Positions 8,570-19,534 of a stretch of 58,716 bases of DNA are shown here, piece after piece. A model generated the notes under the pieces. It was not told the origin of the DNA. It did not search any database and saw only the letters and a program-made list of their open reading frames with translations. The position numbers and the translations under genes were made by a program. This DNA comes from Verrucomicrobiota bacterium (GTDB lineage: Bacteria; Verrucomicrobiota; Verrucomicrobiia; Verrucomicrobiales; DEV007), in NCBI GenBank assembly GCA_045046875.1, contig JASFYY010000015.1, forward strand, positions 1 to 58,716, written 5' to 3'. How positions within the stretch are numbered: position 1 is the first letter of the stretch; each line of letters starts with the position of its first letter.

Positions 8570-11500
8570 ATGAAAGTAGTAAATATATTTGTGACTCTGG
8601 TGGTTTTGTTAGTTGTCTCCGAACTCTGCGCACAAGAGCAGGAGCCGAGTGTTTCGAGCAAAACTTTAAAATACCACAAGGTGTTGGTGAGGCGTCCGAA
8701 TTCCGGTTATTTGTATGATCGGTTTTATGGTTCGTGGCTGGAGGGAGGAACGGTGGAGAGTTTGCAGGCGTTTTTGCTGACGAAATCACAAGCGGATAGC
8801 GCAGCGACGGGGGATCACCTTTTGCTGGCTTTTTTTTATGCCAAACAAGGTGAGGACGACAAGGCTTTGAAGGTGTTTGAGAAAGCCTTGCAGCAGGATG
8901 GCTCTAATGCGGAGGCTTGGTTGGAAAAAGCCAAAGCCGAAGCCCGGACTTTGGATTTTGAGACGGCTTTGGCCGATTTGGCAAAAGCGTTGGCGACTGG
9001 GCCGAAAGCAGAGCTGGAGGTGACTATTAAGAAGCTGAAGGGGCGTCTGCTGGCTAAAGACGGCAAAAACGAAGAGGCGCTCAAGGTATGGCAGGCTCTG
9101 ATGGCGGACCATGTCGATGATGCTGAACTGCGGGAGGACGTGATCGAGCTGCTCAGTGATGAGGGCCTGTATGATGAGGCCATTGTGGTGGCTAAAGAGC
9201 TGAGCGAAAGCACTCGAGACCCCTATCAGAAAATACAGCGCAAACTGTTGACCGGCGATCTGCAACAGCGGGCGGGTTCGCGTGAAGAGGCTTTGGCGAC
9301 TTATGGGGAGTCATTGGCGCAAACCGGGCATGGCACTTGGATTGAGCGTGAGATCCTCAGTCAGATTGACCGCATGTTCCGGCGTGAAGATGATATTGAT
9401 GGTTTGCAGTCTTATTTCTCCGAATTATTAAAAAAAGAAGGCAAGCGCATCGCTCTGCGTCAGCGGCGGGCGGGATTGTTGGGTGAGCTGGGGGATGAAA
9501 AAGCGGCGATCGAGGCCTGGCGGGAAATTTTGCAACTGACCCCGGGCGACTTGTCGGTGCGCGAGGCATTTATTGCGGCTCTGGCACAGATGAAGCGTCA
9601 TGAGGAGGCGGTGAAACAAATGCAGGCTTTGCTGGAGATTTCGTCAGATGATCCAGAAAGGCTGCTGCGCCTCGCTCAGTTGCAGTGGGCGGCGGAAGAT
9701 GCAGAGAGTGCGGGAAAAAGCGTTGCTCTGTATTTGGCTAAGTCTCAGCGAGATGAGTATGCCTATTTGCGCGCAGCGAGATTGCTGCAGACTTTCCGTT
9801 TGGAACAAGAGACGCTTGCGGTTTATAAAAAAATGCTCGTTGCGTTTCCGCAAAGCCTGGCAGCGCGCGAGGCCTATGCTGGTTTTTTGTTTGAGTCCAA
9901 GCACAAAGAGCAAGCTTTGCTGATTTGGAAAAAACTGGCAGCCGAGGGGGATGCGGTGCAGGTGATTCGCACAGCGAAGGCTTTGATTGCCCGGGGGCAA
10001 TTCCCGAGTGCTTACCAGGTTTTGCAAGCGCGTTATGATGAGTTGAAGGGCGACGACCTTTACCTCGCTCAATTGATTGATGCGGCTTTGCGGGCAAAAG
10101 TGACCGAGGAAGCTTTTCCGTGGGTGCGGCGGCGGGTGCTGCTGGCGAATTCGGCCAGTGAGTTGGTCGATGCGACCGAGCAGGCTTTGCAATTGCTGCG
10201 CCGTTCGGAAGATGCCAAGCAGCGCTTGCAGGAGATGCTAAAAAACGAGCAGGCTCTCAGTCCGCAGGAGTTGTGTCTGTTGGCTGAACTGCACAACCAT
10301 CTGGGTGACTTTAAGGCTGCGGATGAGCTGTTGCTCAAGGTGCAGGGAGAGGGTCGGGTATTTGCCTTGGCGCAACAGGCTCGCTTGCATTTTTTGCGTA
10401 AAGACTGGGCCAGTGCGGCGGAAGTTGTGCGGCAGCAGATAGAACTGCCTGGTGGGCGCAAAACTTCGAATGTGCAGCAATTGGTTGATTTGTATCAGCG
10501 CAGCGGGGATTTGGATAAAACTTTGCAGTGGATCGGGGAATGGAAAAAACTGTCTCCCGGCAGTGCTTCGCCGTGGATGCGGGAGGTGAAGACTTTATTG
10601 GAATCCGGCAAGGTGGAAGAGTCTCTGAAAGTCCTGCGTTTGGCTTCACGGCGTTTTGAGGACAACAAGGCAGTAAGGGTCAAGCTGGCCGAGACTTTTG
10701 TTGAGACGGGAAAAACAAGGGATGCGGTGCAGATATACTGGCGTTTGTATGACGAGGCGGAAGATGCTTTGCAGAAGATGGTCTGGGTGGGCAAGCTGGG
10801 GAGGATTGCCGCTGAGAATGGCGGCACCTCACTATTGATTGAGCGTTTTCAGGAGCGCAAGCGTCAGAATCGTCAATCCATCGTGCCGCTGTTGGCCTTG
10901 GCGGAGATCTACCGGGTTGGAGATCGTTATGAAGAACGGCGTCAGGCGATATTGGAGGCTGCTCGTTTGCAACCCAAGGATGTTGCTTTGCTGCATCAGT
11001 TGGCGAGCATCGATGAGCAGGAGGGGAAAATCGAAAATGCGCGTCAATCGTTACGCACCGCGATGGAATTCGACAAAAGCGGGCGCACCCACAAGCGTCT
11101 GGCGCGCTTGTATTTTTTGACGGCGGACTATGAAAAAGGTTTTGAGATCATGCAACAGGCCAAGGGCAGTGGCAAGGATGTCAAAGCGGAGCCCGAGCTG
11201 TTGGAGGAAGTTTTTTATTCTATCATTCAGGGAGGCGAGTGGGAGCGGGCGGCGGATTTTCTCAAGCGTTTTTTAGCCGAGCGTCCGCAAGACTACCGTC
11301 TGCAGTATCTCTATGCCGTGGCTCTGGAGGAAAGTGAGCAATATGAAATGGCTATGGATGCTTTTGAGAGTCTGCTCTCTTATAAGGTGGAATTACCCGC
11401 GCGAAAAAATGCCAGTAATAATGCCGATCCTTACGCCAGTGTGTATTACCAGCAGTCGGCGGCGCAGAAAAAAATACAGGACGATGATAACAAGTTGCTG

Positions 11501-14500
11501 GGTTATCCAGAAGAAGCTCTCAAGTTGATGGAGGTGAAAAACTATAATGACTTCGCCTATCATTACCGGCGCGGACGCGGAGAGGGGCGGATCTATGGTT
11601 TTAGCAATAGGAATAACGGTTGGCAATGGGGCGGTTATGTTAATGGTCAGCATGTGATGCCTCCAATGAAGCTGGAACAGGTGCGTTTTTATTCACTGGC
11701 TCATTTGACCAAAATCAATCAAAAGGCCGGGGCAGAAGGTAATAAGAGGATCGAAGCGGTGCTTAAGGATTACGGAATTTCTCCCCTGTTGGTGGAGTGG
11801 CAAAGGCGTATCGCAGTAGCGGAAAAAGCGGGTGAAAACGAGCGTGGGAAGATCTTTTCCGAATGGCTGAGGGAAGATCCGAAAAATGAAGTTTTGCGTG
11901 CCTTGGGCATGCAAAATTGGGAGGGGGTTGTTTTGGATTTTGATCAGAGGGAGGCAACGGTGGATTTTTATCTCGAAAAAAATCCAGCCCTGGCTTTTTT
12001 CGCGGCATTAAAGTTGGTGCAGAATAACTGGAAAAACGAGGAAGAAAAAGAACGCGCCCGTGTGATGTTTAAAAAGGGGATTGCAGCGGCGGAAAAAATT
12101 GATCAGGTTCCGATGCAGGTTTTTCAATGGACGGTGATGAACGCTGCCAAGCAGGGAGCGTATCAACGAGGAGGTGAAAAAATCATCACGGATGAGCAGA
12201 GAACGCGTTTGCGAGAATTAGCGGTTCAGTGGCAGCCGGAAATCACGGCACGGACCTCGGACGTCTGGGGGAGCTGGGCGAGTGTCAGTATGCTGGGATT
12301 GATGGTGGAAGACGACGATATCAGTCCACTACTCAGTGCGCTGGAAAAAGAAATGCAGGATTACCATAAAAAAAAGAAACAAGCGGTGTCGGCAGCGATC
12401 AAACAGCAATCGAAAATACTACTGGCTTCAATGCAACAGAATATGCAATTCGAAGCGCTGAGTATCCCTCCGGGGGGAATGTATGATGTCTCGCAGACGG
12501 CTATTAGTTTTTTTCCGGGAGCGATCCGATCCTCGGTTTCTTATTCGAGGACTGCGGATTGGGCGGATAAGAAGAAACTGGCGCAGATCAAGGCCTGGGC
12601 ACCTGGCGTGAAAGATCCGATCCTACGGGCATTGGCCGCGCAGTTTGTTGGAGACAAGGATCTGGTGGGAAAAACGGTTGAGGAATTGATCAAAAGCGAT
12701 CCGCCCACTGCGAGCGCTTTGATGGTGGCAGCGGCTTTGTTATTGGAAAACAAACAAGACAAGGAAACGACGGACTTAATCGTCGATTTATTGGGTAAAG
12801 CGCGCCAATTATCTACCTTGCCGCTTAGATCCAGAGTGATCGATGGGGCTTTGATTAATCTGGGGCTGAGCGCAGAAAAAGATTCTTTGGCGCAAAAAAG
12901 CGGCAGGGCGGCGATCAAACGGGTATTGGCCTCGATGAAAATCAAGCAATCCTACCAGATGCGGCAGATGGCAGAAACATTGAGGGCATTAGGTTTGGAA
13001 AAAGAGGCCAGTCAGATGACGCTAGTGGTTAGTCAAAAGCAAAATGCAGGCAGGGCCGGCACCACCACACTTGGTCAAGCGATGACCCCATCGGCTTTGT
13101 CTGCCAAGATCGACCAGATGATGAAAAGGGGCAAACGTGACGCTGCGATTCGAACCGCGGCCAAACAGCTAAAACCCATCGCGGCGGGCATTCTTGGTCA
13201 GGGAGCTTCATATAATGATTACGAGATCAAGGAGCTGCGCAAAGTGATCGATGCATCCAGTTTGAAAGATGAGATTCTGCAAGAGGCGATACCGGCTAAG
13301 GATGCAGGTTTGGTCGAGCGGGTGCAGTATGGAGCGCTTTGCGAAATACTGGGAGTCGATGAAGAGGCGGTCAAGGTTTATCAAGCGGTGCTGCAGGAAC
13401 GTCCGAACGATGATAATTTGCGAATTCGCTTGATACAATTATTGGCGATTAAAGACCCTGAAGCGACTTTGGATCATCTGGCTAAGATCAAAAACCAAAA
13501 TAGTCTGCAAGCGGTTTTGCAATCTATCAGTAATTCCCTGTATCAAGTTGAAAGCGATGAGGAACGTTTTGATATGGCAGAAAGCGCCTTGCTGATTTTG
13601 CAGAACATCAAAGAATCAAAGAATGATCAAGGTCAGTGGTGGGAGAACATTCGCGGTTTTTTGGCAAGAGAGTCTTATAATAATGGCTCGCCTGGCCTGA
13701 CGGCTTTGACGGTGCGGTGGGATTTGCAGACGCTGAAAAAGAGAAGGGATTTTGATGAGAAAAAATTCAAAGCTGCACTCAAACGACGGCGTCAATTGCA
13801 CGACAGGTTTTGTCAGGAAATGTTGCAGTCAGAGAAACCAGGGCTCGCGCCTTTGGGTTTTGCCTGGTTGAATGTGACACGGGCAGAGGAGGGAGTGAAT
13901 CACAAAAAAATAAGTGATCAGGCGCGCGAGGTGCTTGGCCGGATGAAGGAGATCACATTGATTGGTAATGATTATTCGATTGGTCCTGTTGGTTCGCATG
14001 CCTATGGCGATAGGGATACCAGGACCCACCTTCAGGTGCGGGGGCCAATCGAGTGGTTGGTGAACGAAGCTTGGAAAAAAGGTGACCGGGATATGATTTA
14101 CAAAGATATCCTGCCGGAGATAGAAAAGGATAAAGAGCGCGAGAAGTTGGCAAAAGGCTTGCGTGCATATGCGGACTTGTATTTTTGTGATCCTGAAAAG
14201 TTTGGTAACAGCATAGACGGCATGAAAAAAGTGACGACACGGTGGGGCGGGCTTCAGGTGGCGCTCAAGCCTATCTCGACGGCATATCGTACACGGGATC
14301 TAAAATTTGATCTGGCTCCGTTGATCAATCAGCTTATCGATGATAGCAAGGAGAATTTTTATATGTTAGCCAATGTATTGCCGAATTTTCTTTCCTTGGG
14401 TGCAAAAGAAGAGCGTTCGCAGCGCACCAAAAAGGTCTTGGAAAAGTTAGCTGAAAAAATGCTAGGGCCTGTCAAAGGGCGTAAAGCTTTACTGGAGAGA

Positions 14501-17500
14501 CACTATCAAGCCAGCAGCGGTAGAAACGGCCAGCATAATCAGAAAGTGCAGATGATGGAGCACTTTCTGAATCAGTGCGGCAATTATCCGGAGATGGTAT
14601 TTGTGGCGATTGATTTTGTCGGAGAACAAGGTATGGGCGCATCCAATTCGATGTATGAATTGTTCAATGTGTTTCAGCGGAATGATTATTTTTCTAAGGA
14701 TACGAACAAGGGACTGGTATTATTGAAGGTGTCTCCCCTGATGGATTCGTTGGAGGATATGCGTGTGCTGCCGACAAAAGGTTATGGTCAGTTACGAAAT
14801 TCTGATTCTGCTACATTATTAGGTAGCTTGTGGTCTCAGCTCCGCAGCTTGAATGAAAAAGACAGGGAGCCATATCAACAATGGATCGAAAGTTTGCCAG
14901 AGCCAAAACCGGTAGGGCTGCAATTGATTTTAGCGAGTTGGGAGAAAAAACAAAGTCTGGCGGCAGCTGAAGTTTTTGCCAGGCATGAAAAACAGATCAG
15001 GGCGTTGTCGCCGGAGCGTCAATTGGAAATGGCTTTGTTAGCGACCGATGTGATCAAAGCGGCGGATATAACAGGGGGGGCGGACGACAAGGTGAAAGCA
15101 ACCTGGGATTGGCTGCAGGTCAAAGCCAGTGAGGCGGCGGGTGACGCAACACTTGAGTTTATGGCTGCCAAGAAAATAGCGGATCTGGGTATCGACTATT
15201 ATAACCTGGATGATTATTCCACTAAATTGATTAAAAAGACGGTGGCGAATGATACGGCCAAAGCGGTGCGGATTTTTGCGAAAACCTTGTTTTTGGCTGA
15301 AGAGGCCAGGGGCACAGGGGTCTGGAGGCAGACTTACTATCGAGGGGAAACTTTCTCGCAAAGGTTATTGATGAATGTCGCCCGTAGTCTGTCGGCGGAA
15401 AAAGCGCTTGAATTTGAGGCGAAAATCCTGCGAATGAAGGATCTACCAGAGGTGACCCCGATAGTGTGGAATACCAGTAATAGCATCGCGCGGGCTTTGA
15501 ATGAAGAGTGGAAGCCTAGTGACAGTGATCCGGGTATGAATCGTTTTGGTGAAATTTTTGCCCGACTCGGGTCTGCGTTGAATGAAGAGTCACCGTTGGT
15601 ATTGGCTGGGCCGGTATTTTTCCACATGCTGTTCAACCGTTCGGAAAAAGTGATGGAAGAGGTATTGAATTGGGCCAGCCTGCCGGCGGCGACGGCCCAA
15701 TACCCCGGGTTGGCTAAAGAAGTGGAAATGGCGGCTCGTTTGCAGTTGGCGATGAAGCAGGCAGGGCAAGACGGGGCAGAAAAAAAGACTAACTTGATGC
15801 CTCAAGAAGTTACGGATTATTACCTGCCGATGATGCAGGATGAAACACTGTCGCGATCCGTGCGTTTGTTCATGCTGGCCTATTTGTTTGAAAAATCGCG
15901 AGTGCCACTGCCGAATGATGCCATGCTGACAACTTCGATTGAACTGTTGACGGAGAGTCTGAAAGGGGGCACTCCAGTGCTGGATACGGTGCTGCAAAAA
16001 GCCATACCGCTTTGGCTGAAGCGACGGGAAATTCCCCGCTGGAATGAAATGTCAGAAAACCTGGCAGCAGCTTATCAGATCAGGTATTTTTCAGGCAGGG
16101 CTCCACAGAGGTTGCGCAGTCGCCCCGATGATGACGCGGTATTATTGATGTCTCGTTTGCAATTCGCTGCGGGGAACAAAGGGCAGGCGCATCAGATCTT
16201 GAGCAAAGCGGAGAGCTCTTTTTCCGATTTCACTCAAGCTTTGCTGATGTTGGTAGCTGAAGGAGAACATGCCGCTGCCGCCCGGATGTTACGCAAGCAA
16301 ACGGACAAGTTAGGAGGAAATTACGGCAAACTGGTTTGGGATGAATCGTTGAGCACCCATGCAGAGGATTTTTTAAAATCCATCGAACGTCCTTCGAATA
16401 GATTGCTGGCCAGAACGCTGTTGGCAAAGACACCCGATCCTAAAAATAGCGATGCCCGAGATCAACGGTTGAAGGCGGCAGCGGAAGAATTTGTATCACT
16501 CAAGATAGAAAACCAGTTATTGAAAGAGCAGGTATTGTACTGGTTGAGCCAGAATACTGCGTCGAGCAAGGTGGTGAATAAAATAATCAGCGAGGAGGTG
16601 GCGAAAATAAAAATATCGACCCTTTTCGAATCGCGCAATGATCGAGGGCAGCGACAGAAAATCGCTTTGATCAAGGCCGAGCAATCCGGCCTTTTGCAGC
16701 AAGGAAAAATCCAGTCTTACTCAGATTTATTGAAACAGTTGGCATCACTTACATCCCGTAACAGTTATTACCGTGATCGTTTTATTAAAGACCTGGCGCA
16801 CTTGCCCAACAAGATTGCTACAGAGCAGAAGTATGCTGCCGACACAGTGAAAAAATTACTGCCTGCCTGGGGTGTGGTTTTTTCCAAGGTGAAGTTCAGC
16901 TCAAGTGTTTCAACTGGCAAGCATCACATGGGGCACATGGTCTTCGCTTACACCCAGAGTGATCAACTCGACTTGCTTTTTGAGTGGAGTGACGCTTTGA
17001 CGGACAAAGCGCAGAAAAAAAAGGTCGCAGGCTATTTGGCGGATTGTGGGGTGATACTGAGTTCTGATGCTAAAAAATTCCTTAAAAAACAGCCTGAGAG
17101 AATAGAATTTCTTGAGAAACTCGCATCAGCGCCAGGTTGGATGAATGGCAATTACGGGGTGTCTTATTCTTTTTTCAGATTGGTGGCACAAAAGAATCTG
17201 ATCCCGCGAGCTAAGATTATCGAAATCGGACCAGCGATGGCGGAGAAGGCTCCGCGCCTTGGATATGCGTGGATGGAATTGGCCGAAATTCAACAACAAA
17301 ATGGCAAAGCTGAAGCCGCACTTCCTTATTGGGATCGGTCGATCGAACTTGCCAAACAGGGTGAAAAAACCCATCCGAGAAAAGCATCCATTGCGGGCAC
17401 GTCCTTTCAAGTGAAAAAAATCAAGACCTTGTTGAAGCTCAAACGCATCGACGAAGCGAAGGTCGTGTTCGCAGAAATCGATGCTAAAAAGATCATCAAT

Positions 17501-17554
17501 TATAACCGCAAAGATTACGAAAAAATGAAAAAAACCTTGGGCGGGAAGAAGTGA
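8570..17554 (+). CDS. Giant secreted tetratricopeptide-repeat protein (2994 aa)
   Basis: Uninterrupted 9-kb ORF with signal peptide and many TPR-like motifs (e.g. AEAWLEKAKAEA, AIEAWREILQLTPGD, AVKVYQAVLQERPND). Confidence 0.9.
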   Translation: MKVVNIFVTLVVLLVVSELCAQEQEPSVSSKTLKYHKVLVRRPNSGYLYDRFYGSWLEGGTVESLQAFLLTKSQADSAATGDHLLLAFFYAKQGEDDKALKVFEKALQQDGSNAEAWLEKAKAEARTLDFETALADLAKALATGPKAELEVTIKKLKGRLLAKDGKNEEALKVWQALMADHVDDAELREDVIELLSDEGLYDEAIVVAKELSESTRDPYQKIQRKLLTGDLQQRAGSREEALATYGESLAQTGHGTWIEREILSQIDRMFRREDDIDGLQSYFSELLKKEGKRIALRQRRAGLLGELGDEKAAIEAWREILQLTPGDLSVREAFIAALAQMKRHEEAVKQMQALLEISSDDPERLLRLAQLQWAAEDAESAGKSVALYLAKSQRDEYAYLRAARLLQTFRLEQETLAVYKKMLVAFPQSLAAREAYAGFLFESKHKEQALLIWKKLAAEGDAVQVIRTAKALIARGQFPSAYQVLQARYDELKGDDLYLAQLIDAALRAKVTEEAFPWVRRRVLLANSASELVDATEQALQLLRRSEDAKQRLQEMLKNEQALSPQELCLLAELHNHLGDFKAADELLLKVQGEGRVFALAQQARLHFLRKDWASAAEVVRQQIELPGGRKTSNVQQLVDLYQRSGDLDKTLQWIGEWKKLSPGSASPWMREVKTLLESGKVEESLKVLRLASRRFEDNKAVRVKLAETFVETGKTRDAVQIYWRLYDEAEDALQKMVWVGKLGRIAAENGGTSLLIERFQERKRQNRQSIVPLLALAEIYRVGDRYEERRQAILEAARLQPKDVALLHQLASIDEQEGKIENARQSLRTAMEFDKSGRTHKRLARLYFLTADYEKGFEIMQQAKGSGKDVKAEPELLEEVFYSIIQGGEWERAADFLKRFLAERPQDYRLQYLYAVALEESEQYEMAMDAFESLLSYKVELPARKNASNNADPYASVYYQQSAAQKKIQDDDNKLLGYPEEALKLMEVKNYNDFAYHYRRGRGEGRIYGFSNRNNGWQWGGYVNGQHVMPPMKLEQVRFYSLAHLTKINQKAGAEGNKRIEAVLKDYGISPLLVEWQRRIAVAEKAGENERGKIFSEWLREDPKNEVLRALGMQNWEGVVLDFDQREATVDFYLEKNPALAFFAALKLVQNNWKNEEEKERARVMFKKGIAAAEKIDQVPMQVFQWTVMNAAKQGAYQRGGEKIITDEQRTRLRELAVQWQPEITARTSDVWGSWASVSMLGLMVEDDDISPLLSALEKEMQDYHKKKKQAVSAAIKQQSKILLASMQQNMQFEALSIPPGGMYDVSQTAISFFPGAIRSSVSYSRTADWADKKKLAQIKAWAPGVKDPILRALAAQFVGDKDLVGKTVEELIKSDPPTASALMVAAALLLENKQDKETTDLIVDLLGKARQLSTLPLRSRVIDGALINLGLSAEKDSLAQKSGRAAIKRVLASMKIKQSYQMRQMAETLRALGLEKEASQMTLVVSQKQNAGRAGTTTLGQAMTPSALSAKIDQMMKRGKRDAAIRTAAKQLKPIAAGILGQGASYNDYEIKELRKVIDASSLKDEILQEAIPAKDAGLVERVQYGALCEILGVDEEAVKVYQAVLQERPNDDNLRIRLIQLLAIKDPEATLDHLAKIKNQNSLQAVLQSISNSLYQVESDEERFDMAESALLILQNIKESKNDQGQWWENIRGFLARESYNNGSPGLTALTVRWDLQTLKKRRDFDEKKFKAALKRRRQLHDRFCQEMLQSEKPGLAPLGFAWLNVTRAEEGVNHKKISDQAREVLGRMKEITLIGNDYSIGPVGSHAYGDRDTRTHLQVRGPIEWLVNEAWKKGDRDMIYKDILPEIEKDKEREKLAKGLRAYADLYFCDPEKFGNSIDGMKKVTTRWGGLQVALKPISTAYRTRDLKFDLAPLINQLIDDSKENFYMLANVLPNFLSLGAKEERSQRTKKVLEKLAEKMLGPVKGRKALLERHYQASSGRNGQHNQKVQMMEHFLNQCGNYPEMVFVAIDFVGEQGMGASNSMYELFNVFQRNDYFSKDTNKGLVLLKVSPLMDSLEDMRVLPTKGYGQLRNSDSATLLGSLWSQLRSLNEKDREPYQQWIESLPEPKPVGLQLILASWEKKQSLAAAEVFARHEKQIRALSPERQLEMALLATDVIKAADITGGADDKVKATWDWLQVKASEAAGDATLEFMAAKKIADLGIDYYNLDDYSTKLIKKTVANDTAKAVRIFAKTLFLAEEARGTGVWRQTYYRGETFSQRLLMNVARSLSAEKALEFEAKILRMKDLPEVTPIVWNTSNSIARALNEEWKPSDSDPGMNRFGEIFARLGSALNEESPLVLAGPVFFHMLFNRSEKVMEEVLNWASLPAATAQYPGLAKEVEMAARLQLAMKQAGQDGAEKKTNLMPQEVTDYYLPMMQDETLSRSVRLFMLAYLFEKSRVPLPNDAMLTTSIELLTESLKGGTPVLDTVLQKAIPLWLKRREIPRWNEMSENLAAAYQIRYFSGRAPQRLRSRPDDDAVLLMSRLQFAAGNKGQAHQILSKAESSFSDFTQALLMLVAEGEHAAAARMLRKQTDKLGGNYGKLVWDESLSTHAEDFLKSIERPSNRLLARTLLAKTPDPKNSDARDQRLKAAAEEFVSLKIENQLLKEQVLYWLSQNTASSKVVNKIISEEVAKIKISTLFESRNDRGQRQKIALIKAEQSGLLQQGKIQSYSDLLKQLASLTSRNSYYRDRFIKDLAHLPNKIATEQKYAADTVKKLLPAWGVVFSKVKFSSSVSTGKHHMGHMVFAYTQSDQLDLLFEWSDALTDKAQKKKVAGYLADCGVILSSDAKKFLKKQPERIEFLEKLASAPGWMNGNYGVSYSFFRLVAQKNLIPRAKIIEIGPAMAEKAPRLGYAWMELAEIQQQNGKAEAALPYWDRSIELAKQGEKTHPRKASIAGTSFQVKKIKTLLKLKRIDEAKVVFAEIDAKKIINYNRKDYEKMKKTLGGKK

Positions 17555-17620
17555 TACTTCAAGTGGTGGACGGTGCAAGCTTCCCCTAACCTGATTGTGT
17601 TAAGCTGAAAGCAGGTGGTG

Positions 17621-19516
17621 TCAGGGTTTGGCTGCGATGCGGCCATCCGGAAGTAGATCCCATGAGCCTTCGATCGCGTAGGCTTTCTTTTTGGTTACGT
17701 CGAAGGCCCAGGCTTTCACGGTGACAGGTCCTTTTTCCGGAATTTGCTGGCGGGAGAAAGAGCAGCCCCAGCGGAAAAAATCTTGAGGGTCGAGTGAGGA
17801 ACGGCCGGTGAATTCGAGGTCAAAATGATATTGGGGAGGGGCGGGGCAGTCTCCGGATTCGATCAAGGTGAATATCATAGGCTGTTGGTTTTTTGTTTCC
17901 CAAGTTAATAGGATTCCGTCAACCGGGCGGTAGGGTTTTTTGCCCAAACGAGTGAAGCCACTGATAGAGATTTTCCCTGTTTCATCGCTGGTGAAGTTTT
18001 CTACCCGAGCCCTTGAAAGGGACATTGGTTTTGTTTTGGGTTTGAATTGTTTCAGTTCAAGTGTTTCGACCAAGGCAGGTTTCAGATAGCCGAGTCGATT
18101 GAGGGTATTGGCGTGATGGCGCGGGTAGCCGACAGTGGCATCGGTGCGGTGGGGGTTGAGCGCGTCCCAATGGTTGGTGAACATCAGCGAGGCTTGTTCT
18201 TCGTAACGCGACCATTGCCATAAGCGCATCATCTGTTTGCCATACACCCAAGGCCATAATTGCATGCCGATCAGTGCAGAGATGACAATGCCGGCAAGTG
18301 TTTTGCGGCGTGACTGCCACCATTGTGTATCAGTGGATTGCCAGATCAGGGCGATCAAAAACAGAATGGAGATAACCAAGTAGAGCGAAATACTGATGTA
18401 GCGGGTGACGGTGGCGCGGTTCATGCCGCCTAGACCGACACGGGAAATAGTTATGGCGGCTTGTGCGCAGAGCACGGTGCCTGCGAGTGCGAGCCAAGGC
18501 ACGGCTTGCTGCCAGAATTCTTTTTTTCGCGATTGGAGGAGCACCAGAGCAATGCATAGTGCAAACAGAGCAAGTAAGGCGACCCCTATTTTAGGAGCGA
18601 GTAATAAGGGATCACTTGCATAAACACGAGCGAAGGGGTTGCCGACCATGGTGGTGAAAAATTGCCAGACTTTTTGCGGTTGATCCTTCGCGATTTCGAG
18701 AGATCTGACCATAGGAGGGTCATCACCCGGTTTCTGAAAATAGGCGTGGCTTGCATCCGAAGCATTTTTGAAGTCGAGCCCAAAATAACAGCCAATCACG
18801 GTTGCGGCGACGAAGACCCAAATAGCGAGAAAGGCCCAGCGCTGCCAGCGGGTTTTAGAAAAATGTGGAGACAATAAAACCAGCCCAAATACGGCGGGCC
18901 AGATGAAGATGCCGTGTCCAAAACTATGAGTGCTGACAACAGCCAGGGCGATGCAGGCAAGTGCGCGTTTCCACCAGAGCCAGTGGGTTTTTCCGCAGAT
19001 CACCAGCGCCCAGATGATGCAGGTCATCGGAAGCATGAAAGCGAGCTGAATGGCCCAAAGCCAGTTTTGCCACTGCAAGGGAGAAAAAATAAGTAAATTG
19101 GCGAGCAGCAGAATACCCCAGGCTGTCCGGCTGTTTTTAAATACCGTTTGCCGGGCCAGTTGCCAGATGCCGAGCCCGGCAGTTAATCCAAAAACAAAGG
19201 TGACGCCGATCAACCAGCGCAGGTCGCCATCGCCGACCTTTGTCAGGCCTAGGACAATGAGCCGGGGGAAAAAAATCCGGTGGGAAATGTGTGGGGCGTA
19301 GAGGTCCTGGAAGGTGAGCTTCCCTTGCTCGGCCTTTTCGATCAGTGGCACCATTTCCCAGTCATCCCATACGGGGACATTGACGGCGTGTTGTTGGACC
19401 ATGATCAGCAACACGATGGCGGGTGAGAAAGCGAAGAGGAATCCCGCCAGGTCACGCCAATTCAGTGCGGCTGGAAACCCGCCTTTGGGGGTCTTATATT
19501 CAGTTGGAGTTTCCAT
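17621..19516 (-). CDS. Multi-pass membrane protein, probable GT-C-type glycosyltransferase or surface-modification protein
   Basis: About 12 hydrophobic segments; NVPVWDDW acidic motif after TM1; soluble C-terminal domain. Confidence 0.6.
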   Translation of the reverse strand: METPTEYKTPKGGFPAALNWRDLAGFLFAFSPAIVLLIMVQQHAVNVPVWDDWEMVPLIEKAEQGKLTFQDLYAPHISHRIFFPRLIVLGLTKVGDGDLRWLIGVTFVFGLTAGLGIWQLARQTVFKNSRTAWGILLLANLLIFSPLQWQNWLWAIQLAFMLPMTCIIWALVICGKTHWLWWKRALACIALAVVSTHSFGHGIFIWPAVFGLVLLSPHFSKTRWQRWAFLAIWVFVAATVIGCYFGLDFKNASDASHAYFQKPGDDPPMVRSLEIAKDQPQKVWQFFTTMVGNPFARVYASDPLLLAPKIGVALLALFALCIALVLLQSRKKEFWQQAVPWLALAGTVLCAQAAITISRVGLGGMNRATVTRYISISLYLVISILFLIALIWQSTDTQWWQSRRKTLAGIVISALIGMQLWPWVYGKQMMRLWQWSRYEEQASLMFTNHWDALNPHRTDATVGYPRHHANTLNRLGYLKPALVETLELKQFKPKTKPMSLSRARVENFTSDETGKISISGFTRLGKKPYRPVDGILLTWETKNQQPMIFTLIESGDCPAPPQYHFDLEFTGRSSLDPQDFFRWGCSFSRQQIPEKGPVTVKAWAFDVTKKKAYAIEGSWDLLPDGRIAAKP

Positions 19517-19534
19517 GGGAGAAATGGTTGTGGA

